From assembly GCA_963825525.1 (NCBI GenBank), contig CAWGTN010000001.1, forward strand, positions 96,001 through 160,000: a stretch of 64,000 nucleotides of DNA, written 5' to 3'. This document shows positions 17,924 to 26,741 of the stretch, in pieces. The notes below the pieces were generated by a model that ran no database searches, was not told where the DNA came from, and saw only the letters and a program-made list of their open reading frames with translations. The stretch is from an uncultured Chloroflexia bacterium. Its GTDB lineage: Bacteria > Chloroflexota > Limnocylindria > QHBO01. The translations under genes and the position numbers were made by a program. Within the stretch, counting starts at the first letter, position 1; each line of letters begins with the position of its first letter.

Positions 17924-17946
17924 GTTCGAGTCCCATCCCCTTCGCC
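17924..17946 (+). repeat. Degenerate copy of the tRNA-Ser(TGA) 3' end (att-like)
   Basis: GTTCGAGTCCCATCCCCTTCGCC matches 16804-16826 at 20 of 23 nt. Confidence 0.65.
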
Positions 17947-18157
17947 TCCCGCTCGGTGATGGGTCCTGCGTACTGCCAGGGTCCCATGCGGCGCGGTGCC
18001 CGGCGGCGTCCCTACACATCTCCGGGGAGGTAATGCCGATGTGCCGGGGAGTACCGTCCGGGACTATTGGGCCATCGTCCGTGGGGACGTCCTGTCGATA
18101 AGGTGACTCAACGCCGGCACCTGCCTGCGAACGAGCCACCTGAGGAGTCTCCCTCCC

Positions 18158-20035
18158 GTGACCATGAATCGAGCCCTCGATCGGGCACGCCGCCGCCCCG
18201 TGGTGTTCCTGCTCGTCTATGGCGCGTTCCTGGTGCTCATCGCCATCACGGCCTCGGCCCAGGCATTCATGACCTCGACTCACCTGGGCAACTCCGTGCT
18301 CGCGTCGGTGGGTGCCGCCGACCGCGCGGTCGTGGGCACGTTCGTCGAGGCGTTCCTGGAGGAGCGCGATCTGACCCCCACCGAAGCGCCCGCGGAACGC
18401 TACGAGCTCCTCGAGACGAAGCTGCGCGCGGTGTTGAACACGAGCAACTTCGAGGAGTCTTATCTCCTCAGCGTTGAGGTCGTCGATCCGAACCGTCGCG
18501 TGCTGTTCAGCTCGACCGTCGGCCGTCGCGGGACCGAGATTCCGCCCGAGTCGTTGCTCGACAAGGTGCTGGAGGGTACGCCCGACGCGGAGCTGGGCCT
18601 GGCCGCCGACAACGACTGGACCGCGGCCGAGCCGGGTCACGACGTCATCCGCGAATATCTGCCGCTCCGCTCCGTCGACGCCGATGGCAACGAATCGACC
18701 CTCGGGGCCGTACTCGTGGCGAGGGACGCGGCACCGATCATCGAGCGATTGGACCAGGCTCGTCTCGATGTCGTCCTGACCACCATCTCCGCCTCGGTGG
18801 TTGCCGCCATCCTCATGTTCTTCATCTTCCGTGGTGCGCAATCGCGCATCAGCCGCCAGACCGACGCGCTGGTCGAGGCGGCACGCCGTGACCCCGTCAC
18901 CGGGCTGCTCAATCACGGAACCCTGGTCGAAGCGTTGTCGGAGGTCCTGGTCGCCGCCAAGGCCGGAGACGGCTTGGTGGCCATCGGCCTGCTCGACCTC
19001 GACAACTTCACGCTCGTCAACGAGGTCCACGGTCACCCGGCCGGTGACGAGGTGCTCCGACGCCTGGGCACCAACCTCGAAGAGGCCATCAGCGAACCGT
19101 GGTTCGCCGGCCGATTCGGCCCCGACGAGTTCCTGGTGGTCGCTCCTGGCGCATCGGCCAGCCGACTGGAAGGCACGCTCGTCACCCTCCGTCGTGCGAT
19201 GGCGGATGACAGCGTCCAGTTCGGCGAGTCCGAGAAGCTTCCGGTGACGTTCAGCGCCGGTATCGCTGCCTTCCCGGAGCAGGCGGTCAATGCCACCGAA
19301 TTGGTGTCCTCGGCAACGCTGACCCTCGGCGAGGCTCGCTCGTCGGGAGGCGACGCCATCCGGGTCGCCGACCGCACCGCCGATGAGCGCGCCGATGCCC
19401 GTGGTTTCGACGTGCTGCACGGCCTCGTCATTGCCGTCGACAACAAGGATCGTTACACGAAGCGCCATTCCGAGGACGTTGCTCGCTACGCCACCTTCAT
19501 TGCGCGGCGGCTCGGCCTGGACGAGGAGTTCCAGAGCACCATCCGTCTGGCGGGCCTGCTGCACGACGTCGGCAAGATCGGTATCCCTGACGGCGTGCTC
19601 CGCAAGCCGGGACAGCTCACCGATTCGGAAGCCGACATCGTCAAGCAGCACGTGGCGCTTGGTGACGCCATCGTCCGCGACCTGCCGAACATCGAGATCG
19701 TGCGCGCAGGGATCCGTCACCATCATGAGCGCTGGGACGGCAATGGCTACCTGCATGGCCTTGCGTCGGATGACATTCCGCAGATCGCCCGCATCCTGTC
19801 GGTCGCCGACGTCTTCAGCGCCATGACCACGACGCGGCCGTACCGCAAGGCCCTCCCCCTGACCGAAGCCCTCAAGCGCCTGGGTGATGCGGCGGGGTCT
19901 CAGCTCGACGAGTCGCTGGTCAAGACCTTCATCGAGGGGATCGAGACGGCTCCGGACGCGCCGCTGCCGGGGCAGGATGTCCCGGCCGGGCAGCTCTGGA
20001 TCCCACCGGTCCGCACGGCACCCCAACCGGCATGA
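18158..20035 (+). CDS. Membrane sensor with degenerate GGDEF and HD-GYP domains
   Basis: Two TM helices flank an extracytoplasmic domain; DPVTGLLN..DLDNF..GRFGPDEF; LHDVGKIG..HHHERWDGNGYL..ADVFSAMT. Confidence 0.9.
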   Translation: MTMNRALDRARRRPVVFLLVYGAFLVLIAITASAQAFMTSTHLGNSVLASVGAADRAVVGTFVEAFLEERDLTPTEAPAERYELLETKLRAVLNTSNFEESYLLSVEVVDPNRRVLFSSTVGRRGTEIPPESLLDKVLEGTPDAELGLAADNDWTAAEPGHDVIREYLPLRSVDADGNESTLGAVLVARDAAPIIERLDQARLDVVLTTISASVVAAILMFFIFRGAQSRISRQTDALVEAARRDPVTGLLNHGTLVEALSEVLVAAKAGDGLVAIGLLDLDNFTLVNEVHGHPAGDEVLRRLGTNLEEAISEPWFAGRFGPDEFLVVAPGASASRLEGTLVTLRRAMADDSVQFGESEKLPVTFSAGIAAFPEQAVNATELVSSATLTLGEARSSGGDAIRVADRTADERADARGFDVLHGLVIAVDNKDRYTKRHSEDVARYATFIARRLGLDEEFQSTIRLAGLLHDVGKIGIPDGVLRKPGQLTDSEADIVKQHVALGDAIVRDLPNIEIVRAGIRHHHERWDGNGYLHGLASDDIPQIARILSVADVFSAMTTTRPYRKALPLTEALKRLGDAAGSQLDESLVKTFIEGIETAPDAPLPGQDVPAGQLWIPPVRTAPQPA

Positions 20036-22527
20036 GCAGCGGCGTCCGCTCGATTCGGACGGCCCGCCCGGCACCAGCGGCTGCACAGGAGACCCTGCCG
20101 CTCGATCTTCCGCGCGTGGTGTCGGTGTTCGCGGTGCTCGCCCTCGCCTTCGCGCTGTTGGTCCCTCCGACGGCATTCGCAGGCACTCGCAGCTGGTCCC
20201 TGTCGCGCACCCCCGCGTCGGTCTCGGCCGGCCCGGCTTCGGTGCAGCTCACCGCCACGAACACCGGGGATGACGGCGGGGGAGAGGCCGTGGGATGCGT
20301 GGTCATCGCCGTTCCAAGCAGTGCCTTCACGGTCACGAGCGCCAGCGTCGACCTCGTCAGCGACGGCGACTCATGGAATGCATCCTTCGCCATCGGCCCA
20401 ACGTGGACGCTGGTGTACCTCAAGTCGAACTCGGGCGGTGGGAACCGCCTGCATGCGGATCCGTCGGAGTATGTGGTGGCTTCGGTGGGCTTCACCGACA
20501 CCGGGCTGAACGGCACCTTCAGCTGGATCGGCAACGCCTACAACAAGGAAGACTGCACGGACGATTTCAACCAGCCCAAGAGCGTGTCGGTGACGATCAG
20601 CGGCGCGGCGCCGAACACGGCACCGGTCGGGGTAGCGGACGCGTACAGCATCGGCAAGAACCAGGTCCTCAGCGACTCGGCGCCGGGCATCCTCGGCAAC
20701 GACACCGATGTCGACGGTGACCCGCTGACGGCCACGCCCACCGGAGTTCAGCCCACGGCGAATGGCTCGGTCACCGTCCTGGCCGACGGTTCGTTCACGT
20801 ACACCCCGAACCCGGGATTCGCGGGTGCGGACAGCTTCGTCTACCAGGCGTTCGACGGCACCCTGGCGTCGGCTGACACGACGGTGAACATCGACGTCGT
20901 CGACGCAGCGCCGATCGGCGTCGCGGATCCCGCGTACCTTGCCACCAAGGGCACCCCACTCACCGTCGATGCACTCACCGGCGTGCTGGCGAACGACACT
21001 GACCCGGACGGTGATCCCCTCACCGCGACGCCGACCGGGGTTCGCGCGACCACGGCACTCGGCTCGGTGAACGTCGCCTCGGACGGATCGTTCGTGTACA
21101 CGCCGGCAGCCGGATTTGCCGGTGTCGACACGTTCACCTACCAGGCGTTCGACGGGAGCTCGGCCTCGCTCGATACGCTCGTCACGATCACGGTCGCCAA
21201 CACGGCTCCCGTGGCCGTCCCCGACGGCCCGTATTCGGCCGTAGAGGACACATCGCTCAGCATTGCCGCTGGCACCGGCGTCCTGGCCAACGACACTGAC
21301 CTCAACGGTGACCCGCTGACTGCTGTCCTCGTCAGCAATGCGTCGAAAGGCGCCGTGACGCTCAATGCCAATGGTTCGTTCACGTACGTGCCCAACCCCA
21401 ACGCCTTCGGCGCCGATTCGTTCACGTACCAGGCGTCCGATGGGTCGGCCACCTCGGCGGTCACCACTGCCTCCATCAACGTCTCCGCCGTCAACGATCC
21501 GCCAACGGCCGTGGCCGATGCCTACGCGACCGCGGAGGACACCCTGCTGTCCGTGGCCGCCCCGGGTGTCCTGGTCAACGACAGCGACGTGGACGGTGAC
21601 CCGATGACAGCCTTCCTGGTGGCAGGCCCGACGAAGGGAGTGCTCAACCTGGCGGCCAATGGCTCGTTCACGTATCAGCCGGCTGCCGATGCGAATGGCC
21701 TCGTCACGTTCCGCTACCGCGCAAGCGATGGCACCCTGAGCTCGGGTGAGGTGACCGTCTCGATCAATGTGACGCCGATCAACGATCCACCCGTCGCGGC
21801 GCCCGACAGCCGGACATCGCCGAATTCGACCCCTGTCGACATCGACGTGCTCGTCAATGACACCGACCCCGACGGGGATGATCTGATCGTCAGCTCCGTC
21901 TCCCAGCCGTCGGAAGGATCGGTCTCGATCGTCGGCGGCAAAGTTCGATACACGCCGCCGGGGGACTTCGTGGGGGTGACCAGCTTCAGCTACACAGTCA
22001 GCGATGGGGGGCTCGGTGACACGGCGGTGGTCACGGTGACTGTTGCCGCCCCCGTGGCTGTTCCGCCGACGCCGTCGCCGACGCCGTCGTCGAGCCCCGA
22101 ACCAACCGAGCCACCCGCAACCCCATCGCCCGCTGCGCAGCCGACGCCTCCATCCGAGCCCGTCGCTCCGCCCTCTCCGTCCGTCTCGCCGGCGCCATCG
22201 CGATCGCCATCGCCACGGCCTACGCCCAGCGCCACGCCGGAACCGCTGCCCGAAGTCCTCGCGCCGCACGATGTTGCGCAGGTGACGGCGGCCATGCCCG
22301 CAGGCGGTGGGGGAGGGTTCGACGGGTTCTCGGGTCTATTCAACGGATTCTCCGGCGGATTCGCGTTGGCCGTTCCTGCGGCCGTCCTCGGTCTACCCGG
22401 TGTCCTGTTCATGGCCGCTGTCGGGAGCCAGGTGGCGGGTGCCGCTGCCTGGATTCCAGCCGTGCGCCGTCAATTGTCGGGCTCCGGCGCGCGGCGTCGA
22501 AGACGACAACCGGCTCACGCCGACTGA
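20032..22527 (+). CDS. Surface protein with about five tandem cadherin/Ig-like (Big_9-type) repeats, a Pro/Ser/Thr linker and a C-terminal membrane anchor
   Basis: Repeated 'AP.AV.D.Y...GVLAND.D.DGDPL..GSFTY.P...F.G.D.F.Y.A.DG'; signal peptide; TM followed by RRRRR. Confidence 0.88.
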   Translation: MSSGVRSIRTARPAPAAAQETLPLDLPRVVSVFAVLALAFALLVPPTAFAGTRSWSLSRTPASVSAGPASVQLTATNTGDDGGGEAVGCVVIAVPSSAFTVTSASVDLVSDGDSWNASFAIGPTWTLVYLKSNSGGGNRLHADPSEYVVASVGFTDTGLNGTFSWIGNAYNKEDCTDDFNQPKSVSVTISGAAPNTAPVGVADAYSIGKNQVLSDSAPGILGNDTDVDGDPLTATPTGVQPTANGSVTVLADGSFTYTPNPGFAGADSFVYQAFDGTLASADTTVNIDVVDAAPIGVADPAYLATKGTPLTVDALTGVLANDTDPDGDPLTATPTGVRATTALGSVNVASDGSFVYTPAAGFAGVDTFTYQAFDGSSASLDTLVTITVANTAPVAVPDGPYSAVEDTSLSIAAGTGVLANDTDLNGDPLTAVLVSNASKGAVTLNANGSFTYVPNPNAFGADSFTYQASDGSATSAVTTASINVSAVNDPPTAVADAYATAEDTLLSVAAPGVLVNDSDVDGDPMTAFLVAGPTKGVLNLAANGSFTYQPAADANGLVTFRYRASDGTLSSGEVTVSINVTPINDPPVAAPDSRTSPNSTPVDIDVLVNDTDPDGDDLIVSSVSQPSEGSVSIVGGKVRYTPPGDFVGVTSFSYTVSDGGLGDTAVVTVTVAAPVAVPPTPSPTPSSSPEPTEPPATPSPAAQPTPPSEPVAPPSPSVSPAPSRSPSPRPTPSATPEPLPEVLAPHDVAQVTAAMPAGGGGGFDGFSGLFNGFSGGFALAVPAAVLGLPGVLFMAAVGSQVAGAAAWIPAVRRQLSGSGARRRRRQPAHAD

Positions 22528-22566
22528 GTGGCCCTTCGGGGGATTCTCAAGAAAGAGGAGAAGCAC

Positions 22567-23079
22567 ATGGGATTCTGGGGAACGCGTCGTGGCGCATCAC
22601 CGAATTCAACCGTGGGGTCGTCGGCGGTCGAGCTCATCCCCGATGTCGCGCCGATCCAGGTGTTCCTGGCCGATCGGATCGTCACCGGCCACATCGCGAC
22701 CGAGGGCGAACGGATCACGGACCTGCTCGCGGAGCGACGCGGACTGCGTGTCCAGCTGGAGGACGGGACCTGGGAGCAGATCGAGGTCGATGACATTTGC
22801 CTGGTCGCACCGCCGCCGCACGCCAGCAAGCGTCGGATTCATCGATCGAAGCATCGCGTACAGCTGCTTGTCCCGCCCTACAAGGTGATGGGTGTCGTCC
22901 ACCTTCCACCCGGGACCCAGCTCGACCCGTTCGTGCTGAGGACCGGTAGGCTGGTACTCCCCGTGACGGGGGCATGGCTCCTCGGTGATGGCGATCCGTC
23001 GGTCGATCAGCAGCTCGATGTCGCCATTCTCGCGGTCCATGCCATCGAGACCGCAAAGGAGCTGCTCTACTCGCTCTGA
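22567..23079 (+). CDS. Hypothetical protein (two similar beta-rich halves, DUF6812-like)
   Basis: GAGGAG RBS; VFLADRIVTGHI and LLVPPYKVMGVVHLPPG segments. Confidence 0.6.
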   Translation: MGFWGTRRGASPNSTVGSSAVELIPDVAPIQVFLADRIVTGHIATEGERITDLLAERRGLRVQLEDGTWEQIEVDDICLVAPPPHASKRRIHRSKHRVQLLVPPYKVMGVVHLPPGTQLDPFVLRTGRLVLPVTGAWLLGDGDPSVDQQLDVAILAVHAIETAKELLYSL

Positions 23080-23654
23080 TCCAGTCCCGGGACTTCGTGG
23101 TGCAAGCGGCAGCGGGCCTCATACGTCTCGTCTCCCATGCCGCCGATCACGATGAGCGGCGAGTCCGCGCTCGCCGGCTCACCGTCGATCAGGCGCTGGG
23201 TCCGCGTCGCAGGCTCGCCGCACACCATGCAGATCGCCGTCAGCTTGGTGACCTGGTCGGCGAGCGCCAAGAGTCGCGGCATCGTCCCGAACGGGACGCC
23301 TCGGAAGTCTCGGTCCAGGCCGGTCACCACGACCTGCTTGCCTCGGCGGGCGAGCTGCTCGACGGCCTCCGGGAGTCGGTCGTCAAAGAACTGCGCCTCC
23401 TCGATCGCCACGATGTCGGCATCGCCGACGGCACCCTCGATCTCGCTCGAGTCGTCCACGGTGATGGCGTGGTGCTGGGCGCCCGAGCGCGACACGACGG
23501 TCACGCGATCGGTTCGCGTGTCGAGCCGCGGCTTCACGAGCAGCACCTCACGGCCGGCGATCGAGAATCTGCGAAGCAGGCGCAGCATCTCGTCGGTCTT
23601 GCCGCAGAACATGCAGCCCGCGATGACGTGGACCCAGCCGTGCGTGTAGAACAT
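23067..23654 (-). CDS. tdk: Thymidine kinase
   Basis: GCMFCGKTDE, IEEAQFFD, GLDRDFRG.PF, AICMVCG, YEARCR. Confidence 0.96.
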   Translation of the reverse strand: MFYTHGWVHVIAGCMFCGKTDEMLRLLRRFSIAGREVLLVKPRLDTRTDRVTVVSRSGAQHHAITVDDSSEIEGAVGDADIVAIEEAQFFDDRLPEAVEQLARRGKQVVVTGLDRDFRGVPFGTMPRLLALADQVTKLTAICMVCGEPATRTQRLIDGEPASADSPLIVIGGMGDETYEARCRLHHEVPGLDQSE

Positions 23655-23716
23655 CGGACGTCGAGTCTACGCAGGACCGCGTGAGCTGGTCGGCTGCCGG
23701 CGCGGACCGGTGAGGG

Positions 23717-24475
23717 TCAGCCCTCGAGCGGCGCGACGATGACCGGCGCCCCCGACGGCTGCTCGACCCGCTCGGTCTCGACGGTGATCGCAAACGTGGT
23801 CGCCGTACCGAGCCCCTGGTCAAGGGCAACCAGCGCAACCCCATCGGTGTCGGTCAACATGCCGGCCGCCACAGCGTTCCCCGCGCCGTCGATCAGCCAC
23901 AGCTCGTAGAGCTGACCCGCCGCGAGCTCGGCGAGGTCGTCGGTGACGAAGTACGCGGTCTCGCCGGCCTGGAGCACCCAGCCCCGTCCGGCCTCGCCCT
24001 GGGCCGCGTAGACGGCGTCGGCCGAGGCGAAGGCGCGCAGGGCGGTATCGCGCTCGGCGAGCTGCGCGTTCAGCGTCACGCCCCATGCGCCGAGACCGAC
24101 CGCGGCAACGAGGCCCACCGCGGCGATCGCGCCCGGCAGCGGACCCCACTGCCACCAGGGGCGGTGCGGCTGCGGCGTGCGCTCGACGTACGTGGCGCGC
24201 GGGGCCGGCGTCGACATCGGTCGATGATCCTGCGGCGTGACGGCGACGGTCGCCATCAATCGCTCCCGCAACCCCTCCGACGGTGCCAGCGGTTCGAGCG
24301 ACTCCGGCATCAGCGATGCCGCGTCCATGAGCGAATGGGCATCCACGTGTGGTTCGGCGCACGAGTCGAGATGGTCGGCGACGGCTCGCTCCTCATCGGT
24401 GCCGAGCGCGCCCAATCCGAAGGCGGCGGCCAGCTCGTCGGCAGTGGCGCAGTCCATGGACGGTCGGCCGGTCAT
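23717..24475 (-). CDS. rskA: Anti-sigma factor, RskA family
   Basis: N-terminal HLDSC, TM helix, YELWLI, FAITVE...P. Confidence 0.85.
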   Translation of the reverse strand: MTGRPSMDCATADELAAAFGLGALGTDEERAVADHLDSCAEPHVDAHSLMDAASLMPESLEPLAPSEGLRERLMATVAVTPQDHRPMSTPAPRATYVERTPQPHRPWWQWGPLPGAIAAVGLVAAVGLGAWGVTLNAQLAERDTALRAFASADAVYAAQGEAGRGWVLQAGETAYFVTDDLAELAAGQLYELWLIDGAGNAVAAGMLTDTDGVALVALDQGLGTATTFAITVETERVEQPSGAPVIVAPLEG

Positions 24476-25080
24476 CGGCCGATCTCCTCGCCCATGGGTG
24501 TTTCGCTCAGCGGGAGCGGAGCCGCCGAGCTCCCCGCCAGCGCATCCCGCATCTTGGCGAGCGCCAGCCGCAACCGCCCATTGGCAGTTCCGGCCGCCAC
24601 GCCGGTCAGCTCGGCGACCTCCCGATACGTGTAGCCCTCGAAGTAGGCGAGCTCGAGGGCCCGTCGCTGCTCGTCGGGAAGCGACGCCATGGCGGCCCGC
24701 ACCTCGAGGCCCGACGTTCGCGTCAGCGCCGCGTCCTGGGTCGGATTGGGGCCGGTGCGCAGCAGCGAGCGCTCATCGGCGAGGTCCACGTCGATGCTCG
24801 CGCGGCGAGCCCGCACCTTGTCGATCGCGCGGTTGCGCACCACCGTCATGAGCCACGCGCGCAGAGATCCTCGCTCCGCGTCGAAGCGGTCGATCTTGCG
24901 CCAGACTGCAACGAAAGCGTCGTGCACCACATCCTCTGCTTCATCCCGGCTGCCGACGACACGCATCGCCGTGGCGGTTGCCGTACCCGCATAGCGGTCA
25001 TACAGCTCGCCAAGGGCGTTCATGTCGCCGGCCCGGACTCGTTCGGCCAACTGGGCGTCCACGCTACGTTCGTCGTTCAC
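24472..25080 (-). CDS. ECF sigma factor (SigK-like)
   Basis: ALGELYDRY, AEDVVHD, RNRAIDKVR, LELAYFEGYTYREVAE; coupled to rskA. Confidence 0.9.
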   Translation of the reverse strand: MNDERSVDAQLAERVRAGDMNALGELYDRYAGTATATAMRVVGSRDEAEDVVHDAFVAVWRKIDRFDAERGSLRAWLMTVVRNRAIDKVRARRASIDVDLADERSLLRTGPNPTQDAALTRTSGLEVRAAMASLPDEQRRALELAYFEGYTYREVAELTGVAAGTANGRLRLALAKMRDALAGSSAAPLPLSETPMGEEIGR

Positions 25081-25129
25081 GTGCCGCCTGTCTCTGAAAC
25101 GGTCGGGAGCCCCCCGCACATCATCGGCC

Positions 25130-26014
25130 TCAGTCGCCCACCACGGCGAGCGAGTCCTCGGGCACGCCCAGCTCTGCGGCAAGTGCGGTGCGCAGGCGTT
25201 CGGGTGACGGTGCCGTACCGGTCAGCAGCCGCACGGCCTCGGCACTGGCCCGCAGGAATGCCGCCTGGCCGCTGGCCACGGTTCCGCCCTGCGCCGACGC
25301 CTGCTCCATGAGTGGCGTCGAGGCTCGGTTGAGGACGAGGTCGAGCACGAACCGGTCAGGTGGCAGGAGATCGACCGGAATCGGCGACTCTCCCTCCTCG
25401 ACGCCGATGCCGCTCGCGTTCACCAGCAGCTCCGCACGAGCGAGCTCGGCCTCGATGATCGCGTCATGCCACGGCCGCGCGCGCAGCTCCATGTGCCGCG
25501 CGCTGCGGGTGAAGTGGGTGACCAGGGCCTCGGCCCGATGCAGGTGCCGATTCAGGACGGCGATGTGCTGGAAGCCGGAGCCGATGAGCACCGCCACGAC
25601 CGCACGGGCGCCGGCACCGGCGCCGAGCACGACCGCGTTGCGCGGCCACTTGCCCTTGACCCGCGGCAGGATCGAGGTGAGTCCCTCCCGGATGCCATCG
25701 GCGTCGGTGTTGTGTCCGCGGAGCCGTCCATCGACCCTGACGAAGACGTTGACCGCTCCGCTGATGCGCGCGTCGTCGGATAGGGCATCGGACAGCGGCG
25801 GGGCCTTCTCCTTGTGCGGCGAGGCGATGATAGCGCCGGCAAACGCGTCATCCGCCCGCAGCTCGGCCAGCGCGTCGGCCAGCTGATGCGAGCGCCGATC
25901 CCATGGCTCGATCTGCAGCTTCGAGCCCACGTCCGCAAGGCCGGCGCGCAGGACGCCCTCCATGGGCGTCTGGACCAGCGGATGGCCAATGATCGGGAGT
26001 CGGGTGGCAGGCAT
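25130..26014 (-). CDS. Shikimate dehydrogenase-like protein (divergent)
   Basis: PHKE, GAVN, GHNTD, LGAGAGAR, LNR, LVNAS. Several shikimate-binding residues are altered. Confidence 0.82.
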   Translation of the reverse strand: MPATRLPIIGHPLVQTPMEGVLRAGLADVGSKLQIEPWDRRSHQLADALAELRADDAFAGAIIASPHKEKAPPLSDALSDDARISGAVNVFVRVDGRLRGHNTDADGIREGLTSILPRVKGKWPRNAVVLGAGAGARAVVAVLIGSGFQHIAVLNRHLHRAEALVTHFTRSARHMELRARPWHDAIIEAELARAELLVNASGIGVEEGESPIPVDLLPPDRFVLDLVLNRASTPLMEQASAQGGTVASGQAAFLRASAEAVRLLTGTAPSPERLRTALAAELGVPEDSLAVVGD

Positions 26015-26108
26015 ATCAGGCACGCAATTGAGCTTGGAGGGGAGGGGTGGATCGACCAGGGACGGGTTCGTCCGTGGCCAGGGCTCCATGCTATCATCGG
26101 CGCCGTTC

Positions 26109-26201
26109 GGAGAGGTCGCATAGTGGCCTAGTGCGGCGGTTTGCTAAACCGTTGAAGGGGGTAAACCTCTTCCGAGGGTTCGAATCCCTCCCTCTCCGCC
26201 A
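26109..26201 (+). tRNA. tRNA-Ser(GCT)
   Basis: GCGGT-TT-GCT-AA-ACCGT; long variable arm; GCCA. Confidence 0.95.
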
Positions 26202-26225
26202 CCGATCCGCGCGTGGTGAACACGG

Positions 26226-26301
26226 GTGCCCGTAGCTCAGTGGATAGAGCGTTAGGTTGCGGACCTAAAGGTCGGAGGTTCGAGTCCTCTCGGGCACGCC
26301 A
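26226..26301 (+). tRNA. tRNA-Arg(GCG)
   Basis: GTGCCCG/CGGGCAC acceptor stem; TGGATAGAGC D-arm with A20; TTAGG-TT-GCG-GA-CCTAA; GCCA. Confidence 0.95.
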
Positions 26302-26304
26302 CAC

Positions 26305-26694
26305 TCACAGCACGCGCGCGAGCAGCGCGTAGCCCTCGTCGCTGCCGGGCCACCGCTGGCGGAACTCCCGCTCACCGAGCCGTCGGCGCACGTGACGCAG
26401 GACAAGCACCGCCACGACGACATCGTCAAGCGGTCCGAGCACCGGGATGAACTCCGGCACCAGGTCGATCGGGCTGATGAGCCACGCCAGCAGACCGATG
26501 AGGGGCAGGCGCACGCCCAGGGGAGCGTCCCGGTCTGCGATCAGCGAACGCACGAGCCGCGCGATGTCCGGGACCAGCCGGACAAGTTCGCCCAGGCCGA
26601 CGTCACGCGGTCGGATCAACCACAGCAGCCCGATGAACGCCACCCAGACAAGCGCCAGGGCAACGATGACGCCGGCGACGCCACGGAGGTCCAT
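26305..26694 (-). CDS. YkvA/DUF1232 membrane protein
   Basis: SPIDLVPEFIPVLGPLDD motif. Confidence 0.88.
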   Translation of the reverse strand: MDLRGVAGVIVALALVWVAFIGLLWLIRPRDVGLGELVRLVPDIARLVRSLIADRDAPLGVRLPLIGLLAWLISPIDLVPEFIPVLGPLDDVVVAVLVLRHVRRRLGEREFRQRWPGSDEGYALLARVL

Positions 26695-26741
26695 GCGACG
26701 AATGTAGGCCGTCGGCGCCTCCATGTGCGAGGATCGGCCAC

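Noticed and set aside
17950-18157. c-di-GMP riboswitch or sigma-54 promoter upstream of the GGDEF/HD-GYP gene
   Set aside because: No GEMM-type consensus visible, and CGGCACCTGCCTGC has 9-nt rather than 10-nt GG-GC spacing.
20600-22050. About 300-nt repeats as a CRISPR array or mobile repeat
   Set aside because: In-frame protein domain repeats of the adhesin; no repeat-spacer pattern or cas genes.
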